Both the position numbers and the translations under genes were made by a program. The notes beneath the pieces were generated by a model, which worked only from the letters and a program-made list of their open reading frames with translations, was not told the DNA's origin and did no database searches. A stretch of DNA of 62,892 bases, counting the filler, from Asterionella formosa (Eukaryota): the NCBI GenBank assembly GCA_002256025.1. It is 21 parts of 21 records of this genome, joined end to end, with 100 filler letters (N's around TTAATTAATTAA, not from the genome) between each part and the next. Parts side by side here need not be neighbours in the genome. Positions count along the whole stretch, not along the records: positions 1 to 1,680 come from NKIB01001522.1; positions 1,781 to 3,459 come from NKIB01001523.1; positions 3,560 to 30,919 come from NKIB01001524.1; 18 more parts are not named here. One strand, given 5' to 3'. Each line of letters opens with the position of its first letter. Positions within the stretch are counted from its first letter, which is position 1. This document shows positions 1 to 10,056 of this stretch, one piece after another.

Positions 1-1680
1 TCTTATCTGAACTGCTCTTTGGATTTTATTAAGTAAGCTATCACCAATTGAATTACTATCGAGATCAAGTTCAGTCAAGACAGTATTGACCTCGAGAGCC
101 TCTGCAATGGCCTTGGCTCCGTCATCACCAATTGAATTATTAGAGAGTGTACGTGTAGTCAAGACAGTATTGACCTTGAGAGCCTCTGCAATAGCCTTGG
201 CTCCGTCAACACCAATTGAATTACACCAGAGAGAAAGTGTAGTCAAGACAGCATTGTTTTTGAGAGCCTCTGCAATGGCCTTGGCTCCGTCAACACCAAT
301 TGAATTACTATCGAGATCAAGTGTAGTCAAGACAGTATTGTCCTTGAGAGCCTCTGCAATGGCGTTGGCTCCGTCAACACCAATTGAATTCCATCGGAGA
401 CCAAGTGTAGTCAAGACAGTATTTACCTTGAGAGCCTCTGCAATGGCCTTGGCGCCATCATCACCAATTGATTTGGCTGCGAGGTCAAGTGCAGTCAAAC
501 TTGGATCATTTTCTTTCATCCGTTCAACATATATTTCCAGTTCTGTTGTTAGGGACCACTTGTAGGGTGACTCATAGGTTCCAGTAGGCCCTTTATTCAA
601 GGATGCTTTGCAACTTCTACCACCAACATCAGGATCTGTTTGCCTTACAAGTTGACCTAACTTTTTAACCAATTCATTAGTCGTTGGCCTCTTCATGCGA
701 TTGGTCTGAATGCAACGAATGGCTAATTTGCACACAGAGGACAGAATTCCATCTTCCCATTCTGCAAGAGGATCAACATCCTCCTCCAATTTTGGAATTG
801 CCAACTCCAATGCCTCTGCTGGAGTTCCTTCAAAATCGTATGGGAAGTAGCGTTCATGGAAATCTCCCAACTTCTTTGTATCATTTTGGAGGCAGCCTGT
901 CACAAGCTCAATCATGACAATACCAAATGAGTAAACATCACATGATGCTTCAAATGTCTTGTGTACACGAGAATACGATGGACATATATAGCCAGGTGTC
1001 CCAAAGACTCCAACATGTGATGTTTTCCACACTGAAAAAGGAATTGCACTGGTTTCAATGGAGTCATCCACAGGCACAAACTTGGCCAGGCCACAATCAA
1101 TTAGCTTGGCATCATAGTTCTGTTGAAGGTAGATATTAGATGACTTGATGTCGCGATGAAACAGACCAAGGTTGTCATTTGTACCAGTATGAAGGAAATG
1201 GATGGCACTAATAATGTTGTATATGATTTTAAGTCGAATCTCACCCGAGAGTCTTGCTCTGCTTTGTTCACTCTTATAGAATGTATCAAGAGAACCTTTC
1301 AATGTAAACTCATATACCAGGTATTGAGAAGTCATATCAGAGGATAAATGATAGCCATACAAAATTACAATATTGGGGTGTCGCAACCTCTTTAATGCCT
1401 GAAACAGTATGACAGTAGAATGAGAAACGTAAAGACTTGAAACGACATGCTATAGATGAAACCTCAAATAAGCTCACCTGCAAATCTCTTTTTAAAAATC
1501 TCTCTAACTTCCTCCACTTTATCGCTCTCAACAGCAATATTGGCAAGCATACATTTAACAACAAAGACCCGATTTTCAATCTGGCCTTTGTAGGCAACAC
1601 CAAAAGCTCCTTCACCAAGTTTCAAGGATTTATTAAAGTTGTTTGTACAACTATTAATGAATTCAACAGGAAGCTCGATT
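1..1680 (-). pseudogene. IRAK/Pelle/RLK-like kinase with C-terminal RI-like LRRs, copy 1 (partial; 1-nt frameshift in the upstream exon)
   Basis: Colinear near-copy of 1781-3459 with the same end points. GT-AG intron at 1399-1477. An extra T in the T-run near 1489-1493 takes the GEGAFG/VVK exon out of frame with the downstream exon, which is otherwise open to the contig edge. Confidence 0.75.
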
Positions 1681-1780
1681 NNNNNNNNNNNNNNNNNNNN
1701 NNNNNNNNNNNNNNNNNNNNNNNNTTAATTAATTAANNNNNNNNNNNNNNNNNNNNNNNNNNNNNNNNNNNNNNNNNNNN
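1681..1780. other. Artificial contig linker (N44-TTAATTAATTAA-N44), first of 20
   Basis: Identical 100-nt spacers with stops in all six frames start at 1681, 3460, 30920, 32699, 34478, 36249, 38028, 39806, 41583, 43360, 45137, 46914, 48691, 50468, 52244, 54020, 55795, 57570, 59345 and 61119. The small contigs are about 1671-1680 nt, in roughly descending order, so adjacency across a linker has no biological meaning. Confidence 0.99.
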
Positions 1781-3459
1781 TCTTATCTGAACTGCTCTTT
1801 GGATTTTATTAAGTAAGCTATCACCAATTGAATTACTATCGAGATCAAGTTCAGTCAAGACAGTATTGACCTTGAGAGCCTCTGCAATGGCCTTGGCTCC
1901 ATCATCACCAATTGAATTATCATAGAGAATAAGTGTAATCAAGACAGTATTGACCTTGAGAGCCTCTGCAATGGACTTTGCTCCGTCATCACCAATTGAA
2001 TTAATTATGAGATCAAGTGAAGTCAAGACAGTATTGACCTTGAGAGCCTCTGCAATGGCCTTGGCTCCATCAACACCAATTGAATTACTATCGAGATCAA
2101 GTGTAGTCAAGACAGTATTGTCCTTGAGAGCCTCTGCAATGGCGTTGGCTCCGTCAACACCAATTGAATTCCATCGGAGACCAAGTGTAGTCAAGACAGT
2201 ATTTACCTTGAGAGCCTCTGCAATGGCCTTGGCGCCATCATCACCAATTGATTTGGCTGCGAGATCAAGTGCAGTCAAACTTGGATCATTTTCTTTCATC
2301 CGTTCAACATATATTTCCAGTTCTGTTGTTAGGGACCACTTGTAGGGTGACTCATAGGTTCCAGTAGGCCCTTCATTCAAGGATGCTTTGCAACTTCTAC
2401 CACCAACATCAGGATCTGTTTGCCTTACAAGTTGACCCAACTTTTCAACCAATTCATTAGTCGTTGGCCTCTTCATGCGATTGTCCTGAATGCAACGAAT
2501 GACTAATTTGCACACAGAGGACAGAATTCCATCTTCCCATTCTGCAAGAGGATCAACATCATCCTCCAATTTTGGAATTGCCAACTCCGATGCCTCTGCT
2601 GGAGTTCCTTCAAAATCGTATGGGAAGTAGCGTTCATAGAAATCTCCCAACTTCTTTGTATCATTTTGGAGGCAGCCTGTCACAAGCTCAATCATGACAA
2701 TGCCAAATGAGTAAACATCACATGATGCTTCAAATGTCTTGTGTGCTCGAGAATACGATGGACATATATAGCCAGGTGTCCCAAAGACTCCAACATGTGA
2801 TGTTTTCCACACTGAAAAAGGAATTGCACTGGTTTCAATGGAGTCATCCACAGGCACAAACTTGGCCAGGCCACAATCAATTAGCTTGGCATCATAGTTC
2901 TGTTGAAGGTAGATATTAGATGACTTGATGTCGCGATGAAACAGACCAAGGTTGTCATTTGTACCAGTATGAAGGAAATGGATGGCATTAATAATGTTGT
3001 ATATGATTTTAAGTCGAATCTCACCCGAGAGTCTTGCTCTGCTTTGTTCACTCTTATAGAATGTATCAAGAGAACCTTTCAATGTAAACTCATATACCAG
3101 GTATTGAGAAGTCATATCAGAGGACAAATGATAGCCATACAAAATTACAATATTGGGGTGTCGCAACCTCTTTAATGCCTGAAACAGTATGACAGTAGAA
3201 TGAGAAACGTAAAGACTTGAAACGACATGCTATAGATGATACCTCAAATAAGCTCACCTGCAATTCTCTTTTAAAAATCTCTCCAACTTCCTCCACTTTA
3301 TCGCTCTCAACAGCAATATTGGCAAGCATACATTTAACAACAAAGACCCGATTTTCAATCTGGCCTTTGTAGGCAACACCAAAAGCTCCTTCACCAAGTT
3401 TCAAGGATTTATTAAAGTTGTTTGTACAACTATTAATGAATTCAACAGGAAGCTCGATT
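1781..3459 (-). CDS. IRAK/Pelle/RLK-like Ser/Thr kinase fused to six 28-aa RI/NLRC3-like LRRs, copy 2 (partial at both ends; intron 3179-3257)
   Basis: Kinase motifs CTNNF..KLGEGAFGVAYKG, VVK, FKRELQ|ALKRLRHPNIV after splicing, HRDIKSSNI, DCG in place of DFG, GTPGY, DVYSFG. These are followed by 84-nt repeats of LTxLxLxxNSIGxDGAKAIAEALKVNTV. Confidence 0.9.
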
Positions 3460-3661
3460 NNNNNNNNNNNNNNNNNNNNNNNNNNNNNNNNNNNNNNNNN
3501 NNNTTAATTAATTAANNNNNNNNNNNNNNNNNNNNNNNNNNNNNNNNNNNNNNNNNNNNAGAGCGATAATAGCAACAAGCAACAAGTCGTGTTGTTCAGT
3601 TCATTGCTAGACATAACTGATTGAATTCAGTTTACTTCAACGAAACAAGAGATTATTCTTC

Positions 3662-5238
3662 ATGAACATGGCACCGCCCCTTGTTTCTAGCGACAGCAGC
3701 ACAAATGCTTCGGAATTATCGCCTCTCGTTACCAAGGAATCGTTGGTTTCAGATGTCAACATTACTTATGGTTCTGAAATCTCGGATGGGGGAAGGAGCG
3801 AAGGCCACTGTCACGACGCAAGGCATCACGGTAAGTAAGGCATTAATACTTTGTCTGTCCATGACTGCTCTTGGGTAAATATACGCGTACACAGCCTCAA
3901 CTTACCGTCACCGAAACAGGTATGATTGGGGTGTTGGGATCGCTTGCCATTGCCGTAAATTCCCTCACTGGCCCCGCGATGTTGAGTCTACCTGCCACCT
4001 TTCAACGATCTGGGCTCATACCCACCACTATGTGCATTGTCTTTGTTGGAATACTGTGTTCCTTGTGTTGTCTGCACATGGCGGACACTATTTCCAAAGT
4101 ACCCAACAATTTTCAATTCAAACAAAATGTCGAGTTTAGTGGTGTATTTCAAACATTTTGGGGACGAAAGTGGTTCGTTGTCACACATTTTATTTACTTT
4201 TGTTGTATCACATGTCTAAATATATCAAGCATTGTTGACAATAGTCAGGTGGTCGATACCATATTGGGACATTCAGTCCCTGATGGAAGTTGGGCGATTC
4301 AATTCAACACCACTGGAACATACTGGATTCGATGGGATCCTGAAAGTTGTACAGATGAGGAATTATTTCAAGGAATATGTGTGGCTTTTGCCGGCGTTGA
4401 AGGGGTATTAATGACTGCAGGATACGTATTAACAACTCTTGTGTTCCTTCCAATGGCACTTATGGATTTAAAAGAGAATTCGGCCTGGCAAATAATTGGC
4501 TTCGCTGTCTTAATATTGGTTAGTTTACAATTCGCTGCTGAATTTATCGTGAAGGGGTTGAACACGGATAATTTGAGTTTATGGGGGGAATCATGGGATA
4601 CCCTTGTTGGAGTTGTCCTCTTCAACTTTTCTTTGGTCGTTGCCGTTCCCGCTTGGCTTTGCGAACGACACCAATCGGTGCATGTCCCCACTGTTATTCA
4701 CTCCTCAAATGCCTTGGCCATTTTATTGTACATGATAGTCGGCATCCTGGGGGCTCTCGCCATTCCCACAGTGGCCGAAAATATGCTGGAAAGTATGATG
4801 TCAGGGGCCTTTGGAACGTCAATGCAGTTGGGGGCGTCCTTTTTTGCATTTATGATTGTTGGACTGGGCATCCCTCTTTTTAGTGTCCTAACGAGAATGA
4901 ACTTAACAGGAAGTGGCCTTTGCAGTGAGCGTTTTGGAAATATATTGGCCGTTTATTTACCGTTTGGCGTGGCATGGCTGCTCTATCAAGGAGAAGCCGT
5001 GACAGAACTGTTGTCTTGGGGTGGGGTTATGTTTACCAGTATTGTGGCATTTATTCTTCCTTTGTTGTTGGCGCTACACACTGTCTTGGAGTTTGAAAGC
5101 AAGGGATCAATTCAAGTTTACTTTGGATTTTTTACTTCGAAATGGAGTCAAGTTGTGTCATTGGTGGTCTTGTTGGTAGTAGCGGTAATTTCTGTTGTGG
5201 TGGCAGTTCTGGGCAACATTTTTGCTGGTGAAGTATAA
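3662..5238 (+). CDS. Amino-acid transporter (Aa_trans/AAAP family); join(3662..3830,3920..5238)
   Basis: Many hydrophobic segments and a TM1 motif NSLTGPAMLSLP..F.RSG. An 89-nt GTAAGT...CAG intron joins an upstream ATG exon in frame. Confidence 0.85.
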
Positions 5239-5589
5239 CTACAAAGTCGTTCTGTCTCCTGGCACTTGTCATTTTATTTTAACGTCAAATTGAGCGACTA
5301 ATCTACTTATCCAAAGTAGACCAACTTTTCTGCTACTGTGTAGCAGGTATCAGTCCCAGTTGTTAGTCTAGCCAAAAGCTACATTTTTGATAGATGGAGG
5401 ACTGCAAAAAATGTTCTTTTATAACACAATGATTGAACAACACGAACATAAAGGCTTGGAATTGGAATATGAATTATTCATTGCTAAATTCCAGTAAATG
5501 TAAAACAAACAATTTTCCCCACTTGCACTATCTACAACAGAATTTTTAATGTGATATTATCCACATGTTCTCCTATTAATTGATACTTA

Positions 5590-6260
5590 AAAGAAAAACA
5601 TACTTGTTGCCATCAAGGGAATGCACTTTTCCGATCTATTTGGTCCAATTGGGTAGTGTTTGCCATACTGTAATTCACTTACAAGTAGTAAACAATTCAT
5701 GGCACATTTTACATGGCTCATGCTAATAATTTCCACTAAACGCTGGTGATCAATTGGCTTTTTTTCTTACCAGTGACAACAGGGGGGGAGGGGTCTGAAA
5801 GGAATGACTGAGTTCTTTGATTTGACGTTGTGTGGTTTGATTCTCGAAATGTTTTCGAGCATCAATTGTTGGGTTAGACTTGCAAGTTCCTTATCATCCC
5901 ACATTGTCTTGCCTGGTGTGCAAGACAAAGTGGTTTGCCCTCCTAGAAGCAGCATGTGATGCCTTAGGCGGTCAGAGTTTCCCCTTGTCTTGCAGCCACT
6001 AAGACAACCAGTGTATTATTTTACAGGTGGTAGGGGACTCACCTAAACTAACAAAACTACTAGAGAAGCACAGGTCTCGTTAGCAGCTAGAACCAAAAAT
6101 ATCTGTCTAGGAATAAGAACTAAGAATGCGCTCACGACATTTTCAATGGCTATCATTCTGGCTTCTGTATAGCAAATTTTTTTAATTGGAAGGACAAAAT
6201 TATTCACCAGATTTCATTCATTAGAAATCATGTAAAAGATCATTGCCATCAATGCTATTT
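5590..6260 (-). pseudogene. Highly decayed remnant of the 3' end of the STAND ATPase gene, interrupted by a SINE-like element
   Basis: Weak colinear similarity to 10030-10300 (TGATACTTAAAA, GTTTGCC..AATTCA, ATGGCT, TTCACCA..TCATT). It continues the clearer homology between 5150-5460 and 9640-9950. Confidence 0.4.
5785..6095 (+). mobile_element. Diverged tRNA-derived SINE-like repeat (copy A)
   Basis: Colinear homology with 20050-20320 (GTTGTGTGGTT.GATTC, CAATTGTTGGGTT, TGTGCAAGA, GGTTTGCCC.CCTA.AAGCAGC, GGGGACTCACCTA, GAAGCACAG). The B box is degenerate. Confidence 0.6.
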
Positions 6261-6735
6261 TATGATCAGATTAGATAACAATTGAAAATTAGAATCTAGA
6301 ATGAAGGCTTGTAGACTCTATGTTTTGGAATAAAGTGAGCTAAAGGTTAAAGGATAAACTAGTAGCTAGGAGTTTTTCCAGTTGACAAAAAACAGTCAAT
6401 CTTGAGGGATAGTAGTGGAGTTGCTACAATGGGCAGGAGTGTAAATAGTGAAGTAATTATGATGGGCAGGGCTGTTGTGAGACAGGAAGTTAATTATAGA
6501 GGAGTAACTCAGTCCTGGCATGACTTTTGAGAGACAAAAAGTTAGGAATGGTGGAGTATATTAGCCATGATGGGTACATTATACCGAAGTTGACTGGCGA
6601 CTGAAAATGTCACTTGGGGGAACCAATGTTTACCGGTAGTATTTAGTAACTTCGTCATACCGGTACATCATCATTTCGGATCATTGAAATACTTTTTTTG
6701 TAGAAATATATCGAATTAGCAAAAGTAAGATAGCC

Positions 6736-8319
6736 ATGGTGGACCAGTCACAGTCGTCGTATCAACTCTTCCATAGATCAGCACAGCTCGCGCTGCTGGC
6801 TACGTGTCTGTACGCTTTGGTGACATGTCCATACTCCAAAGTGGAGGAGAGCTTTCAGCTTCAAGCTACCCATGATTTATATTATCTCGGTATGTTTCCC
6901 TCCGTCCTTGACATGCCTTATGATCACCTTTCCTACCCCGGCGTTGTCCCGCGCACCTTCACGGGCCCTCTGATTCTAGCTGCTTCCTGTCGTATTTTGA
7001 CAATATTGTGCCGTCCAGTTGTCAATCTGGCCGAATATCCGATGTTCGTCATGTTTCTGGCCCGATTCCTTTTGTTGGCAGCACACCTCCACGCTTGGTA
7101 CAGACTGGCTCGTGCGGTGGGAGGTTACAAAGGCCCATACCTACTCTGGATAACAGCTGCTCAATTTCATGTGCCATTCTATGCATCTCGTATGCTGCCC
7201 AATACCTTTGCTTTGGTGGTGGTCCTGCACGCCTACACTGAGTGGTTCTCGGGGAACGTCGAGCGAGCTGCCATTGGACTAGTGGCGGCAACGGCAATCT
7301 TCCGCTGTGACTTGCTTTTGCTAGTCTTTACATGCGGTCTAATGTGGCTGATTCGAGGAGATTTTTCTCTACGAAGGGCGATAGTGATTGGAGTTTCGAC
7401 AGGACTATCATGCTTGGCCATTATTGTGCCGTATGACAGTCACATGTGGCAACAATGGGTCTGGGCAGAAGGCCAAGTCTTTTATTATAATACAGTATTG
7501 GGGAAAAGTGCAGATTGGGGTGTATCCGCGTGGCATTGGTATTTTTCAAATGCTCTTCCCAAAGCGTTGCTTCTTACTTTTATCCTCATTCCTCTTGGCG
7601 TCATGAGGGTGCCCGAGCTACTTCTACATGCCTTTCAAAAATCAAAATCATCCCGGCCACCCCTTGTTGATACGTCAGTATTGCAGTACCTACTTCCTAT
7701 TCTTGGATTCATTGCTCTATATTCGTGTTTAGGGCATAAGGAGATGAGATTTCTCTTTCCAACTCTGCCAATTTTGAATCTTGTGGCAGCTTCAGGCATG
7801 GCTCGCCTTCACCTCTTGACATTTCCTGACAAAGACAAAACGGCCAATGGTTGGATGAAGCTATGTTGGTTCGGTGGATTCGCTTGCATGGTCGTGACAT
7901 TTTTGGCTAGTACAGCCTTTGTGCGAGTATCGCAACAAAACTATCCTGGTGGCGAAGCACTCACCATGTTGACGAGACTTGTTGGTTCACGCGCAGAGAA
8001 ACCATTCAAAGTGTATATCGATAATGCCGCTGCCATGTCTGGCGTTTCGTTGTTTGGTCAAAGACAAGCTACTCTACAATTTCCCAACATAGAGTTTTCC
8101 AAAGCTGGGTACGAACAGGAGCACGACAAGAGGGATAGCAAATATGCTTACTATGCATTTGTCCTGTCTGAACATGCAATAGATGGGATGCGTGTAGTGG
8201 GAGTGGCTCAAGGGCATCCAAGAATCAATTTCAAGAGATTAAGAATAGAAACCCAGGATGCAATTTATGTGAATGAGCGGATGGTGGTCGAAACAATCCG
8301 GACAAGCAATGATCACTAG
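6736..8319 (+). CDS. ALG12: Dol-P-Man:Man7GlcNAc2-PP-Dol alpha-1,6-mannosyltransferase (GT22)
   Basis: Family motifs CPYSKVEESFQLQATHD, YDHLSYPGVVPRTFTG, FYASRMLPNTFAL, HKEMRF and NYPGG in a 527-aa multi-TM ORF. Confidence 0.93.
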   Translation: MVDQSQSSYQLFHRSAQLALLATCLYALVTCPYSKVEESFQLQATHDLYYLGMFPSVLDMPYDHLSYPGVVPRTFTGPLILAASCRILTILCRPVVNLAEYPMFVMFLARFLLLAAHLHAWYRLARAVGGYKGPYLLWITAAQFHVPFYASRMLPNTFALVVVLHAYTEWFSGNVERAAIGLVAATAIFRCDLLLLVFTCGLMWLIRGDFSLRRAIVIGVSTGLSCLAIIVPYDSHMWQQWVWAEGQVFYYNTVLGKSADWGVSAWHWYFSNALPKALLLTFILIPLGVMRVPELLLHAFQKSKSSRPPLVDTSVLQYLLPILGFIALYSCLGHKEMRFLFPTLPILNLVAASGMARLHLLTFPDKDKTANGWMKLCWFGGFACMVVTFLASTAFVRVSQQNYPGGEALTMLTRLVGSRAEKPFKVYIDNAAAMSGVSLFGQRQATLQFPNIEFSKAGYEQEHDKRDSKYAYYAFVLSEHAIDGMRVVGVAQGHPRINFKRLRIETQDAIYVNERMVVETIRTSNDH

Positions 8320-8416
8320 TGCGACCTCAATTAAGAGTGCTCAAAACATGGAAGTCGAAACAATCCAGACAACCAATGAGAACTACCGACCTCAATGAGT
8401 AGTGTTCAAAACATGG
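8287..8416 (+). repeat. Imperfect ~65-bp tandem duplication spanning the ALG12 stop
   Basis: GTCGAAACAATCC.GACAA.CAATGA...CGACCTCAAT...GTG.TCAAAACATGG occurs twice. Confidence 0.75.
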
Positions 8417-8512
8417 ATGGGTTCAACCAAGTTTTCGAGCTTTTCTTTGTTCGGAAAGCATGGTTCATAAACCTGGAAGCCACACGCCCTACCGGTTATT
8501 CACTTTCAATGG

Positions 8513-9190
8513 TTATAGTTTCTGGAAACTTCCGTGCACCCACACTCTCCGACGCTCGATTCGAATAGACCGATTCCTGATACAGTAACCCCCCACTTCA
8601 AAGCATGCTTTTTGAGATGAAAGTGTTCCAGCAGTCATTTCCCTCGCACTGTCCAAAACTTGAGTTGGGCTTCGTCGTATCGGCCATAATCACGAAAGTA
8701 GAGAATGCCTCTCTGTTTTAAAATCTTTCCCATACGGTGGCTTGAACATGAGGTTACGTTCTTCATGTCGAAAAATCAATAACCACCCTGGAAAAATCAA
8801 AGCCATAGATATGCAACATCGGCTTCGACTCAAGTAGTGGTGGAATATTGATACTAACCCAATCTCCACTAGAACACGACGTGCGGCTGTGTCGAATCTA
8901 TTTGAAAGTTTCTATGTAAATAATGCAGATCCTTGAATTTTTGTCCTGTTGTGGGCTTGAAAAGGAGTTCCAATCCTTGTCAATTGCTGATTGTATTTGT
9001 AGACCTTATGTGGAGGGCGAGTGGATTGGAAAAATTGTTCAACGCTTCTACGAATTCATAGTCCTCATCTGTCCACATTTCTTTATATTTCCAAAGCTTA
9101 TTGGAGGGAGGAGTTTCATCAGGAAACAATGGAATTGTGGACTGCTAGCGAACACAATGAGATGCAACAGGGAAGGGCTCATTTTCAAAA
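8513..9190 (-). pseudogene. METTL2/6-like pseudogene (decayed paralog of 23790-24692)
   Basis: Colinear similarity (TGCACCCACACTCTCCG, CGATTCGAATAGACC, CGGCCATAATCACGAAA, ACCCTGGAAAAATCAAAGC, CAATCTCCACTAGAACACGAC) with deletions and no open frame. Confidence 0.88.
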
Positions 9191-9249
9191 TTTTGCCACA
9201 AGCAAAGAAAAAATTCATCATCATGCCAAAAGGTCCAGTGGGCTAAAAG

Positions 9250-9720
9250 TAGTGATGTCCTGGAATCTTGGCAAGATGGTCTTTGGAGGAGATGCCAAGA
9301 TGACTGCGAGAGGGAAGAATTATGCGAAATTGAATGGGATAATGAGAAATGGGTGAATTAGCACTTGTTCAAGCGAAGAAATTGAGCTCTGGACATGTTG
9401 GAAGTGATAGTCTTAAGAACTGTAGCGTGGGCATTAATTGTGGAGTTTTCCTGACGAGGTTTAAACCATTTCCTAGATTGCAAGGAAGGGGTGGCGTGGT
9501 CAAAATTTCTTCAGCAAGGCTATGAAGTTAAGAAGCAATTTCTTGATGGGTAAGCTTCCACGAGAAATATAATAGCCTGCCGAGTTTGAAAACAATCTAT
9601 TGATTCACCTCTACTGCGGATATTTTATTTTGAAATGAAATCAAGCTGTGACATTGGTGGACCAGTGGAACCTTGCCATCATTCTGTTGTGGTGTGGTGA
9701 CAGTTTTTGCCAGTGAAGTG
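9250..9720 (+). pseudogene. Decayed copy of the 3' part of the amino-acid transporter gene
   Basis: Matches 4330-5238 in order: GAGTTTGAAA, TCAAG.TGTG.CATTGGTGG, TTCTGTTGTGGTG, TTTTTGC..GTGAAGT. The downstream region (TGGCACTTGTCAT...TGTTAGTCTAGCCAA...AAGGCTTGGA) is also shared. Confidence 0.75.
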
Positions 9721-10056
9721 ATAATGCAATCTTCCTTTGGCGCTTTGTCATTTTATCGCTTGGCACTTGTCATACAATGCTGCCATAAAATTGAGCACCT
9801 ATATTTCTTCTCCAAACTATACTAAATTATTCTACGTCTTTGTGGCAGGTACTTGTCCCATTTGTTAGTCTAGCCAATAGTTATGTATTTGCTGGAGGTA
9901 GCACTGTAATCAATTGTTCAATGTAGAAACAACATTCACATCAAGGCTTGGATAACCATGTCCAACATTCACACAATTTACATAATAGAGATCGACTGTG
10001 ATATCATTAATATGAAACTCTGTTTATGATACTTAAAAATCAACGCAAACTCTAAT

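Noticed and set aside
40..500. Conserved repeats with short variable segments resembling a CRISPR array or DGR variable region
   Set aside because: They are in-frame 84-nt LRR codons. There is no cas gene, template repeat or DGR reverse transcriptase, and neighbouring adenines (AAT TCA ATT) are invariant.
86..565. Plus-strand ORFs with RASAMALAPS repeats (also 1950-2345)
   Set aside because: Antisense shadows of the LRR coding strand.
1..3459. Tandem duplication of the kinase-LRR gene
   Set aside because: The copies are on separate contigs with identical end points, so adjacency is artificial; alleles or unlinked paralogs are more likely.
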